Shown here in pieces: positions 41,573 through 50,429 of a DNA stretch of 64,000 nt. Within the stretch, counting starts at the first letter, position 1. The number at the start of each line of letters is the position of its first letter. The notes below the pieces were generated by a model that worked only from the letters and a program-made list of their open reading frames with translations, did not search any database and was not told the origin of the DNA. The position numbers and the translations under genes were made by a program. Origin of the DNA: an uncultured Desulfobacter sp. (GTDB lineage Bacteria; Desulfobacterota; Desulfobacteria; Desulfobacterales; Desulfobacteraceae); the NCBI GenBank assembly GCA_963665095.1, contig OY762069.1, positions 3,616,001 to 3,680,000 on the forward strand, written 5' to 3'.

Positions 41573-42826
41573 ATGAAAGATACTGCCACAACGGCTCAAG
41601 CAGGCAATCTTGAACAATCGTTATTACACCAGGCCAAAAATCTTTTTTCCCAAAGCCTTGTTGATAATTTAACTGCTGCAGGCCATGATATCATTGAAAC
41701 CCGCAGCCAGGGGATCTATCTTTTTGATATAAACGATAAAGCCTATATTGACTGCTATTGCGGTGCAGGCACATACAATCTTGGCAGGAACTGCAAAAAG
41801 GTGCAGGCCGAACTTCAAAATGCTGTCCTGAATACAGATTGCGGCAACTTTATTCTTATTTCCGAAGAAAAAGCTGACCTGGCCTCACACCTTGCCCGGT
41901 TCACGGGCAACGACCTTTCCTGCTGCCTTTTTACCGTAGTCCGGGGGGAGGCCATGGATGCAGCCTGTAAAATTGCCAGGGGCCATACCGGTAAAAAGCA
42001 GTTAATTGCTGCCGACGGAGGGTGGCACGGGGAGACCGGTTTTGCCTTGGGGCTTTCCCGGCGCCCGGACAAGGAGCAGTTCGGCAGGCTGATCCCGGAA
42101 CAGACAATTGTTGAATTCAACAATATAAAGGAGGCTGAAAAAGCCATCACCCATGACACTGCTGCATTTATCCTGGAACCGGTCCAGGCGGAAAACGCCT
42201 GCTGCATTGCAGATAAAGAATATCTGGAAGCTGTGAGGCAGCTTTGCAGCGAACACGGGGCATTGCTGATTTTTGATGAAACCCAGACCGGGTTCGGCCG
42301 CACCGGCCACAAATTTGCCCGGGATTATTCTGGTGTTGAACCGGACATCCTTTTATTTGGAGAAGCGGTTACATCCGGGGTTTTCCCCATGACAGGGCTT
42401 ATGTTTACCCCCCGGGTCAAATCTTTTTTTGATCTGCATCCTTTAATTCACCTGTGCACCTTTGGCGGGCATGATGTGGGGTGCAGGGTTGGTGTCAGGG
42501 CCCTTGAGGTCTATACAGAAACCCGGCCCTGGGAAAATGCCGCAAAACAGGGCAAAACACTGCTCAATCACCTTACATCCCTGAAAAACGATCATCCTGA
42601 TTTGATGACCCGGGTAAACGGACTTGGACTTTTAATTTCCGCAACCTTTGCAGATGAACCCCTTGCCCGGTCATTCTGCATACATGCAAAAAACAATGGA
42701 TTTTTTGTTGCCCAGGGCCTGGTTGACCCCAAATCTGTTATTTTCCGGCCTGCCCTGACCATGACAGATGAAGAAACCGGGCTGTTAATCCAGGCTGTGA
42801 CTGCGGCCGTACAGGCGTTGCCATGA
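41573..42826 (+). CDS. Class III aminotransferase-fold protein lacking the PLP lysine
   Basis: EPVQAE, FDETQTGFGRTG, but PDILLFGEAVTSG (Lys to Glu); intact 417 aa ORF with RBS. Confidence 0.88.
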   Translation: MKDTATTAQAGNLEQSLLHQAKNLFSQSLVDNLTAAGHDIIETRSQGIYLFDINDKAYIDCYCGAGTYNLGRNCKKVQAELQNAVLNTDCGNFILISEEKADLASHLARFTGNDLSCCLFTVVRGEAMDAACKIARGHTGKKQLIAADGGWHGETGFALGLSRRPDKEQFGRLIPEQTIVEFNNIKEAEKAITHDTAAFILEPVQAENACCIADKEYLEAVRQLCSEHGALLIFDETQTGFGRTGHKFARDYSGVEPDILLFGEAVTSGVFPMTGLMFTPRVKSFFDLHPLIHLCTFGGHDVGCRVGVRALEVYTETRPWENAAKQGKTLLNHLTSLKNDHPDLMTRVNGLGLLISATFADEPLARSFCIHAKNNGFFVAQGLVDPKSVIFRPALTMTDEETGLLIQAVTAAVQALP

Positions 42827-44514
42827 AAATCCTGTATAATATCAAGGCCTTTGCCATGGACAAAGAGTGCACCCGAGCCACGGCCATTGCCTGGGAAAAC
42901 GGAACCATCACCAGGGTGGGAGAAAAACAGGATCTGATCAGGGAGTGCAAAGATGCGGAAACAATAGACGGCCAGGGCCTTACCCTGGTTCCGGCCTTTA
43001 TTGATCCGCATATCCACTTTATGGACGGAACTGTTTACCAGGGTGCACTGGATTGTTCCCCTGCTGCTGCACCCGACATCCAGGCCCTGAAAGTATTATT
43101 GGCAAAAGAGGCTGCAAAACACAAAAAAGGAGAGTGGATTGTTGCCCAGGGCTATGACCCCTGGGCATATCCCCAAAAAAGGACCCCGTTGCGGCACGAC
43201 CTTGACCAGGCCTGCCCGAACAACCCTGTGGTAATTATTCACTACTCATTTCATGAATGCGCTGCCAACTCCAGGGCCCTTGCCCTGGCAGGAATTGACA
43301 GGGATTCACTGCCCCCGTTTGCAGGAATTATTAAAAAAGATCGCCAGGGCAATCCCACAGGACACCTTATTGAAACTGCCATGGAAAAGGTGCTGCGCCT
43401 TTCCAAAAAAGAATTGATTGCCCGGTCTGACCAGAAGATTTTGCAGCGGACCCAGACAGCCCAGCAAAAATTGTTTGAATTTGGCATCACAAGAATCGGG
43501 GATCCTGCCGTGGATCATTTAAGCCGTAAATTATACCAGCAGGCATTTGAACAAGGCATGCTGAAACTAACGGTCTTCATGTTCCCATGCAATGAACAAA
43601 ACATGCTCAAGCTCCCTTTGGACAAGCTTGACCAGCCGTTTCAATACAGAGACAATGAATGCCTGAAAACAGGGCATTTAAAAATTTTTCTGGACGGGGC
43701 AGACCGGACCGCCATGGCGTTAACCGGGAAGCAGCTTTTCCAAACCATTGCAATGACATTCTGGGATGCTGTCAGAACCATGTCCCTGACACCAGTTAAG
43801 ACAACCATGAGAAGCCCGGTAAAACTGAAAAAAGACGGATTGTTCCACTTTGGACTGATTCTGGCAGAACCGGACAAGTGCGGGCAGCTGGTTCAGAAAG
43901 CGGTTAAAAAAGGATTTTCTCCTGCCTTTCATGCCATTGGTAATGAGGCGGTTCAACTGGCGGTTGAATTGATTTCCCAGAACATGCCAAAGGCTTCCCG
44001 GTCCGGCAAAACCGTCCCCCCTCCCAGGATTGAACATGGTCTGTTCCTGAACAATGACCTGATCCGCCGGATTAAGGAGTCCGGGGCTGCAGTGGTGACC
44101 CAGCCCCTGTTTTTAACCCATATGGACAAGGAAAACCTGCCCCACATGCCGGAAATAAAGAAACTGCCCCTGCGTTCCATGATCGACCAGGGCATCCCTG
44201 TGGCCGGAAGCTCGGATTTCCCGGTGGTATCCTGCAACCCGCTGCTGGGAATTGAGCATGCGGTCACAAGGGTGACAAAAGGAAGTGAAACCCTGGATCA
44301 GCAGGAAGCTGTTACAGTGGAACAGGCCTTTGCCATGTACACCAGGCAGGCGGCTTTTGTGCTTGGATGCCTGGATGACACCGGCACCCTTTCACCAGGA
44401 AAACGGGCTGATTTTATTTTATTGTCCGGCGATCCTCTGGACAGCAGCAATGTCTGCTGGCATAAGGTCAAGGTGCAGAAAACCTATATGAACGGAAAAG
44501 TGGTGTTTCCGTAA
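42823..44514 (+). CDS. YtcJ-like metal-dependent amidohydrolase (Amidohydro_3)
   Basis: PAFIDPHIH, KIFLDG, FHAIGN, RIEHG, AGSSDFPV, GKRADF. Confidence 0.9.
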   Translation: MKILYNIKAFAMDKECTRATAIAWENGTITRVGEKQDLIRECKDAETIDGQGLTLVPAFIDPHIHFMDGTVYQGALDCSPAAAPDIQALKVLLAKEAAKHKKGEWIVAQGYDPWAYPQKRTPLRHDLDQACPNNPVVIIHYSFHECAANSRALALAGIDRDSLPPFAGIIKKDRQGNPTGHLIETAMEKVLRLSKKELIARSDQKILQRTQTAQQKLFEFGITRIGDPAVDHLSRKLYQQAFEQGMLKLTVFMFPCNEQNMLKLPLDKLDQPFQYRDNECLKTGHLKIFLDGADRTAMALTGKQLFQTIAMTFWDAVRTMSLTPVKTTMRSPVKLKKDGLFHFGLILAEPDKCGQLVQKAVKKGFSPAFHAIGNEAVQLAVELISQNMPKASRSGKTVPPPRIEHGLFLNNDLIRRIKESGAAVVTQPLFLTHMDKENLPHMPEIKKLPLRSMIDQGIPVAGSSDFPVVSCNPLLGIEHAVTRVTKGSETLDQQEAVTVEQAFAMYTRQAAFVLGCLDDTGTLSPGKRADFILLSGDPLDSSNVCWHKVKVQKTYMNGKVVFP

Positions 44515-44702
44515 AAAAACATCTTTCATATATCGCAGCTGGCTGCACAGCCGGGATCAATTCTCTTTGCCTGACCAGTACTATTTTAAATGAATGACCC
44601 CGACTGATCCGTTAAAAATACCCAGTTTACTGAAACAGCAGATGGATAAAAGAACACCCATAATCTGCGTATTCCGTATCCTTTAAAACACCAAGCTGTT
44701 CA

Positions 44703-46187
44703 ATGGTTTTCTCACCCACCTTTTTGTTTTTCGTAAAAAAGCGCTGCAAGCGGAATTGGGATGAACATTCGATCCCCATGTTTAAAGCATCCAACATTCA
44801 ATACGAGATTGACGGTCGCCTCCAAGGCGTTGCTCCAGGTGGCATAGGGCTGATTCATATGCTTGCAAAAAGGACCGGTCTTCTGAAAGAAATTGATAAG
44901 GAGCTCGAACTGCTTAAACGTCATTTGCCCTATCACGAATCAGATCATGTCGCCAACATGGCGTATAATATTCTTGCCGGAGGCTCCTGCCTTCAGGATA
45001 TTGAACTGCTCAGAAACAATGAAGCCTGGTTGAATGCTCTCCATGCAGAAATTATCCCAGATCCAACTACAGCGGGAGACTTTTTGCGCCGGTTTACCAA
45101 AAAAGATATCATAGCACGGCTTGACGTCAAAAATACCATCCGAAAAAAGGTATGGGAAAAGCAGCCGCAAAACTTCAAGAAAGAAGCCATTATCAATATC
45201 GACGGCACCATCAGTGAGACAACCGGCGAGTGCAAACAGGGCATGGACATCTCCTATAATGGAAAGTGGGGATATGCCCCGCTGGTGGTTTCTCTGGAAA
45301 AAACAAGGGAGCCTCTTTATATTATCAATCGATCCGGCAATGCTCCGTCCCAGCTCGAATCTGCAGGGTGGGTGGACAAGGCCCTTGATCTGCTGGAGGG
45401 CACTTTTAAAAAATTATACGTTCGGGGAGATACTGATGTCAGCCTTACTTCCAACTTTGACAAATGGGATCAACGCTGTACCTTTGTCTTTGGCATGGAC
45501 GCCAGATCAAACCTGATAAAACTGGCCGATGGCCTTTTAGATGCCGAATGGGAGATGGTTGAAAAACAGCCACAAACAATCAAAACAAGCCCCAGAAAAC
45601 GTCCTGAAAATGTTAAACTTCAGGTGGTCAAAAAACGGGACTTCAAACGTCTTGAGACCGCCTGTGAACATATAGCCGAGTTTGAATATAAACCCGGTAA
45701 ATATCGAAACTCCTACAGGATGATCGTCCTGCGTAAAACAATAAACGAGTGCAGAGGCGAACGTCTGCTGTTTGACGATATCCGTTACTTTTTTTACATC
45801 ACCAACGATTGGAAAAAATCGGCCAGGCAGCTGGTCGATTTTTACCGAAAACGGGCTGATCACGAAAATGATATTGATCAGTTGAAACATGGCGTACATG
45901 CTATGGATAACCCCTCTGATCCTCTGAATGCCAACTGGGCCTATATGGTTATTGCATCTTTGGCATGGGATCTGAAGGCCTGGTATGGAATGATGATGCC
46001 ATATCGATCATTAGGGCTTTCGATTGTCCGTATGGAATTCAAACGTTTCATCCAGACATTTATAAATATCCCCTGCCTGATCATACGGTCCGGCAGGGCT
46101 AGTAAATACCGAATCATTGGTTATAACAACAGGCTCGCAAGCGTGTTCAAGTTTTTTAACTCTTTAAAGACTGTCTGGGTTACATGA
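44703..46187 (+). CDS. IS1380 family transposase, probably 5'-truncated
   Basis: PYHESDHV, IPDPTTAGDFLRRF, NIDGT, GYAPL, RGDTD, HENDIDQLK, NWAYMVIASLAW. Confidence 0.88.
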   Translation: MVFSPTFLFFVKKRCKRNWDEHSIPMFKASNIQYEIDGRLQGVAPGGIGLIHMLAKRTGLLKEIDKELELLKRHLPYHESDHVANMAYNILAGGSCLQDIELLRNNEAWLNALHAEIIPDPTTAGDFLRRFTKKDIIARLDVKNTIRKKVWEKQPQNFKKEAIINIDGTISETTGECKQGMDISYNGKWGYAPLVVSLEKTREPLYIINRSGNAPSQLESAGWVDKALDLLEGTFKKLYVRGDTDVSLTSNFDKWDQRCTFVFGMDARSNLIKLADGLLDAEWEMVEKQPQTIKTSPRKRPENVKLQVVKKRDFKRLETACEHIAEFEYKPGKYRNSYRMIVLRKTINECRGERLLFDDIRYFFYITNDWKKSARQLVDFYRKRADHENDIDQLKHGVHAMDNPSDPLNANWAYMVIASLAWDLKAWYGMMMPYRSLGLSIVRMEFKRFIQTFINIPCLIIRSGRASKYRIIGYNNRLASVFKFFNSLKTVWVT

Positions 46188-46411
46188 TGCTTTTGCTCCG
46201 GACAGTTATTGCAAACGGGTTGCAATGGCGAGTCAAAAACCTGTAGATTTCAAAAGGGAATTTAAGCAATGAACCACAATACAATCGGCAGTATTCCAAA
46301 AAATATCAGGACTCGTGCGTCTGTTTGATGGGGATTGGAGACACAAAATAATAGCTCGGGTCGCCGATTGCTTATGAGAAATTCATTTTTTATAACACGC
46401 TTGTTTTGGGG
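44721..46411 (+). mobile_element. IS1380 element with right end only
   Basis: Right-end-like acgcttgttttgggg at ~46397-46411; no matching left inverted repeat found. Confidence 0.65.
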
Positions 46412-46539
46412 CTAAGCTGATACACGGATGTTTAACTTCTGATAAATCTATTTTTCAAAGCATTTACCCTGAATCTTCTTTACACGATCTATCCATACTG
46501 ATATGCAGTTCTGGTAAATACTAAGATGATAACCGACCA

Positions 46540-46623
46540 GGTTATCGGTTGATTCTTCATGATATGCGGTTAGATATCAGAATGCTCAAGATAACCGGAC
46601 AACCGGAGAATAACTTGTTAAGC
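46540..46623 (+). repeat. Degenerate attC-like site
   Basis: Imperfect palindrome (ggttatc..tgatat/atatca..gataacc) ending in GTTAAGC (GTTRRRY) 20 bp before the next CDS; left R'' box decayed. Confidence 0.45.
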
Positions 46624-46642
46624 CCATAAAAATGAGGTTTCT

Positions 46643-47692
46643 TTGAAAATATTTTACTCCTGGCAGAGCGATATTGAAGGTAAATACAATCGCAATTTCA
46701 TTAAAGACTGCCTTGAAAAAGCTATAAAGCAGATAAACAATGAGTTGAAAATTGAAGAAGCTATCAGGTTAGACCATGACACAAAAAATGTGTCAGGCAC
46801 ACCTGATATAGTAACAACCATTTTATCAAAAATTGAAGAAAGCGATATTTTTATCGGAGATTTAACCTTTGTAGCAAAAAGTATTCATAATAACAAATTA
46901 AATCCAAACCCAAATGTTCTCATTGAGTTAGGTTACGCGCTAAGTACACTTGGAGACTCAAGAGTCATCAATATCATGAATACTGCCTATGGCAAACCAG
47001 ACAATAATTTACCCTTCGACCTTGCCCACAAACGATGGCCTATCCAGTACAATCTATCAGAGGTTAATTACAGTGAAAAAACAGAAATTAAAACCTCACT
47101 CATTGTTTCGATAAAGTCAGCATTATTTCCATTTTTAAACAAACCCAAAGCTTCTACCCCACAATTTCAATCTCAAGCTGACAAAATTTTGCATAGAGAA
47201 AAGCTGAGAAAAGAGTTTGATAATGAGTTTCTTAAGATAAGATCACAGAATCTAAGAAGAGACTCAATTATAAGGGATGTAGACCGGGTTGATGGGTATC
47301 CAAATATTGACGATGATGAAACAGGCATTTCGCCTTGGTTTAAGGTTGCTATTCTCGAAACATACACCAAAGGAGTACGTGTTGGTTTACAGGTCGTAGG
47401 TCTAAAAGAATGTGAAGGTGGCTATAGATTTGTCGATTACAAGACAAAGGAAGAAAGTGATTTAAGAGCTTATTTGGTGGGCGAAATTCCTTTTGACTCA
47501 ATAGTTACTGTAAACTGGGAAGGCGATGAATATTACTACTTTCCACACCTCTATTGCCACTTCAACAATGACGGCGAGCCATATGAAAAACTAATGTATT
47601 GTGAGAAGGTCGACATGGGAAATGGTATTGATTATTACAAGGAAATTTCTGATTATAATTCTGTAAGAAGCAATACAATGTCATTAACTTAA
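46643..47692 (+). CDS. TIR/nucleoside-deoxyribosyltransferase-like domain protein with uncharacterised C-terminal domain
   Basis: IFYSWQSD, GTPDI..TILSKIEESDIFIGD, NPNVLIELGYA, LPFDL; AT-rich; TTG start with RBS gagg. Confidence 0.7.
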   Translation: MKIFYSWQSDIEGKYNRNFIKDCLEKAIKQINNELKIEEAIRLDHDTKNVSGTPDIVTTILSKIEESDIFIGDLTFVAKSIHNNKLNPNPNVLIELGYALSTLGDSRVINIMNTAYGKPDNNLPFDLAHKRWPIQYNLSEVNYSEKTEIKTSLIVSIKSALFPFLNKPKASTPQFQSQADKILHREKLRKEFDNEFLKIRSQNLRRDSIIRDVDRVDGYPNIDDDETGISPWFKVAILETYTKGVRVGLQVVGLKECEGGYRFVDYKTKEESDLRAYLVGEIPFDSIVTVNWEGDEYYYFPHLYCHFNNDGEPYEKLMYCEKVDMGNGIDYYKEISDYNSVRSNTMSLT

Positions 47693-49171
47693 GAATGAAC
47701 AGGATTTAACTCGCTGAATTTATATGTAAATATTGAAATTTTAAGATCGACATGATATACTCAAATCTAATAATAACAGCGAATTATCAAAAAGAAAGGA
47801 GCATATCATGCCGAAACTTTTTAACCAATCTAACAGCGTTGACACGGAACCTGATTTCCAATATCTGTGCCAGGTTGATCGGATTTCTTCAAGAAATCAT
47901 CAACTCTGATCAATTTATCAAGCAGCACCACCAAAGTCCAACCGATTTTATCCGCCAACGAAAACTTCCTTTTTCAACCCTGATATTTTTTCTCATAAAT
48001 ATGGTAAAAGGCTCATATCAGGACGAACTTGATCATTTTTTCAAATCTATCTTTGGATTTGAAGTGGTTAAACGAATTGTCTCCAAAGCCGCTTTGACTA
48101 AAGCAAGAATGAAGCTGAAATATGAAGCTTTCATAGACCTCAATATGCGTTTGACCAGCTACTTTTATGAAAATTTTAAACCAAAGGAATGGCACGGGTT
48201 CAATTTGCTTGCCATAGACGGAACAACTGTTCGTTTGCCTCGAATAGAAGCTATCTCGGAGCATTTCGGGGCCTGGAATCCAAGGCAGGGAGACAAATGC
48301 CCCATGGCGAGAGTTTCACAAATGTTTGACCCCTTAAATAAAATCTCAGTGGATGCCATCATTGAATCCAAAAGCAGTGGAGAACGTGAATTGGCAGCAT
48401 TCCATTTCTTGAATTTAATGCCAAACGATTTAGTCTTCCTTGATCGAGGCTACCCGGCCTATTGGCTTTTTAATCTCATCTTGTCCCGTGGTGCTAATTT
48501 TTGTGCTCGAATCCAGCGTAAACGATGGAAAGTGGTCCGCCAGTTCTACAATTCAGGCAAAAAGGAAAAAATCATATCTTTGTCCGTATTCCCAAGTTCT
48601 ATCAAGCCCTGTAAAGAGATGGGCCTGGATCTCATCTCCTTGAAATTGAGATTAATCCGAGTGGAACTGGAAACCGGAGAATCCGAGGTTCTGATCACCT
48701 CCTTGCTTGATACACAGAGCCACCCACGCGAACTATTTGCAGATCTTTATCATCTCAGATGGCCTGTGGAAGAAGATTACAAAACAATGAAACAGTGGAT
48801 TGAAATAGAAAACTTCTCCGGCAAATCGATTCTTTCAGTGTATCAGGATTTTCATGCTAAAGTGTTTTCAAAAAACCTGATCTCAGCATTGATATACCCG
48901 ACTCAGGCCGTAATTGACAAAAATACCGAAGATCGACTTTATCGATATCAAAGAAATTTTGCCCAGACGTTATCAAAGATAAAGGATGTGCGCCCTCTCT
49001 TGTTCCTCAGGCCTTTAGAGACCGTGACCAGGTTGATATCCGATATCCAAGAGATAGTGGTAAAAACTATTGAACCGGTAAGGCCGGGACGAAAGTACCC
49101 GAGGAACTTTAATAATAGGGGCGGTCGTTTTCACTATGGATACCAGCCGCTCCGTTAAGTTAATGACATTG
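47676..49171 (+). mobile_element. IS4 family insertion sequence, 1,496 bp
   Basis: Perfect 17 bp terminal inverted repeats caatgtcattaacttaa / ttaagttaatgacattg; no target duplication. Confidence 0.92.
47752..49158 (+). CDS. IS4 family transposase (true start probably TTG 47875)
   Basis: AIDGTT, LDRGY, YHLRWPVEEDYK (YREK motif). Confidence 0.92.
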   Translation: MIYSNLIITANYQKERSISCRNFLTNLTALTRNLISNICARLIGFLQEIINSDQFIKQHHQSPTDFIRQRKLPFSTLIFFLINMVKGSYQDELDHFFKSIFGFEVVKRIVSKAALTKARMKLKYEAFIDLNMRLTSYFYENFKPKEWHGFNLLAIDGTTVRLPRIEAISEHFGAWNPRQGDKCPMARVSQMFDPLNKISVDAIIESKSSGERELAAFHFLNLMPNDLVFLDRGYPAYWLFNLILSRGANFCARIQRKRWKVVRQFYNSGKKEKIISLSVFPSSIKPCKEMGLDLISLKLRLIRVELETGESEVLITSLLDTQSHPRELFADLYHLRWPVEEDYKTMKQWIEIENFSGKSILSVYQDFHAKVFSKNLISALIYPTQAVIDKNTEDRLYRYQRNFAQTLSKIKDVRPLLFLRPLETVTRLISDIQEIVVKTIEPVRPGRKYPRNFNNRGGRFHYGYQPLR

Positions 49172-49227
49172 ACTGACAAATAATAAAAAAATTGTTACCT
49201 TGGCAATTAAAGAAAATGTGGCCTAAT

Positions 49228-50268
49228 ATGTTCAATCCCAAATTCACCATAACCAACCGCATGACATCAGCCATCACCCAAATTGAACGAGCTCGGGGTT
49301 TTCTGGAAGCGGCAATATTATCCGATGACTGGGTGAGGGATATGGGAAATCAGGCCCTTATAAAAGAGGCCCATCATACCACCCATATCGAAGGGACACG
49401 GCTGACATTGGATCAGGCAGAACGTTTATGGAAAGGTGAAGCTGTACCTGAAGCCGATCCGGATGATACCAGAGAACTGTTGAACTACCGGACTGCTTTT
49501 GAATTTGTATCCCAATGTCTGGATAGTGGTGATCCAATTACTGAAGGAATGGTACGTGAAATTCACCGAAAGCTGGTTGAGGGGGTTCGGGGCGGCAAAG
49601 CAGGTCCGGGCAACTATCGGCGGATTCAAAATTATGTGGCCAATTCATCTACAGGTAAAGTGATTTATACACCACCATCTGCGGTGGAAGTGCCGATCAT
49701 GATGTCTGAATTGGTAAAATGGCTGAATTCGAATCTTGAAATCCACCCGGTCTTGATCAGTGGGATTGCCCAATTCCAACTGGTCCATATCCATCCGTTC
49801 CTTGATGGTAACGGGCGAGCTTCAAGGCTGTTATCAACCCTCTGTCTTTACAAGGCCGGATATGATTTCAAACGGTTGTTCACCATCAGTGAATATTATG
49901 ACCGTGACAGACCGACTTTTTATAAAAAAATACAGAGTGTTCGTGAAAACGACATGGATATGACCGGATGGCTGGACTATTTCATCACCGGTCTGGAAAC
50001 TCAAATGATTGAGGTTAAAAAGCGTGGCGAACGGGTAATCCGAAGAGATGTTATGGTTCAAAAACACGGGTTGAATGAACGGCAAGGAAAGGCCATAGAG
50101 TTTTTATTAACCCATGGAAAACTCTCTATAAAAGACTTTGAAGAACTTTGTCCGGAAGTGAACCGACGAAGTTTACAGCGAGACCTAAAAGCATTTTCCG
50201 ACAAAGGTTTGGTCAAAGAAGCCGGAACCGGCCCTACAGATCCAACACGCTATTATATTCTATCATAG
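49228..50268 (+). CDS. Fic family protein with C-terminal HTH
   Basis: [12 protein letters not shown]; inhibitory [19 protein letters not shown]. Confidence 0.93.
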   Translation: MFNPKFTITNRMTSAITQIERARGFLEAAILSDDWVRDMGNQALIKEAHHTTHIEGTRLTLDQAERLWKGEAVPEADPDDTRELLNYRTAFEFVSQCLDSGDPITEGMVREIHRKLVEGVRGGKAGPGNYRRIQNYVANSSTGKVIYTPPSAVEVPIMMSELVKWLNSNLEIHPVLISGIAQFQLVHIHPFLDGNGRASRLLSTLCLYKAGYDFKRLFTISEYYDRDRPTFYKKIQSVRENDMDMTGWLDYFITGLETQMIEVKKRGERVIRRDVMVQKHGLNERQGKAIEFLLTHGKLSIKDFEELCPEVNRRSLQRDLKAFSDKGLVKEAGTGPTDPTRYYILS

Positions 50269-50322
50269 CTATGACAAGCTATGACACCGAGCTGTGACAC
50301 TACTATGACAAACACTGTGACA
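50269..50322 (+). repeat. Five CT(A/G)TGACA direct repeats
   Basis: Starts at 50269, 50279, 50292, 50303, 50315. Confidence 0.85.
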
Positions 50323-50336
50323 CCTGAATAGAAGGA

Positions 50337-50386
50337 TTCCAACAAAATAATGAACCGGATGTAACCGGTTATTTTTGTGGTTAAAA
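50337..50386 (+). repeat. Integron attC site (short)
   Basis: TTCCAAC-AAAAT-AATGAAC-CGG..CCG-GTTATT-TTTGTG-GTTAAAA: R''/L''/L'/R' geometry with an extrahelical base. Confidence 0.7.
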
Positions 50387-50429
50387 ATGGTCAAAATTGC
50401 TATGTTTAATCAATTAATAAGGAGACAAT

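Noticed and set aside
50269..50322. CRISPR array
   Set aside because: The repeats are 8 bp with 2-5 bp spacers; no cas genes.
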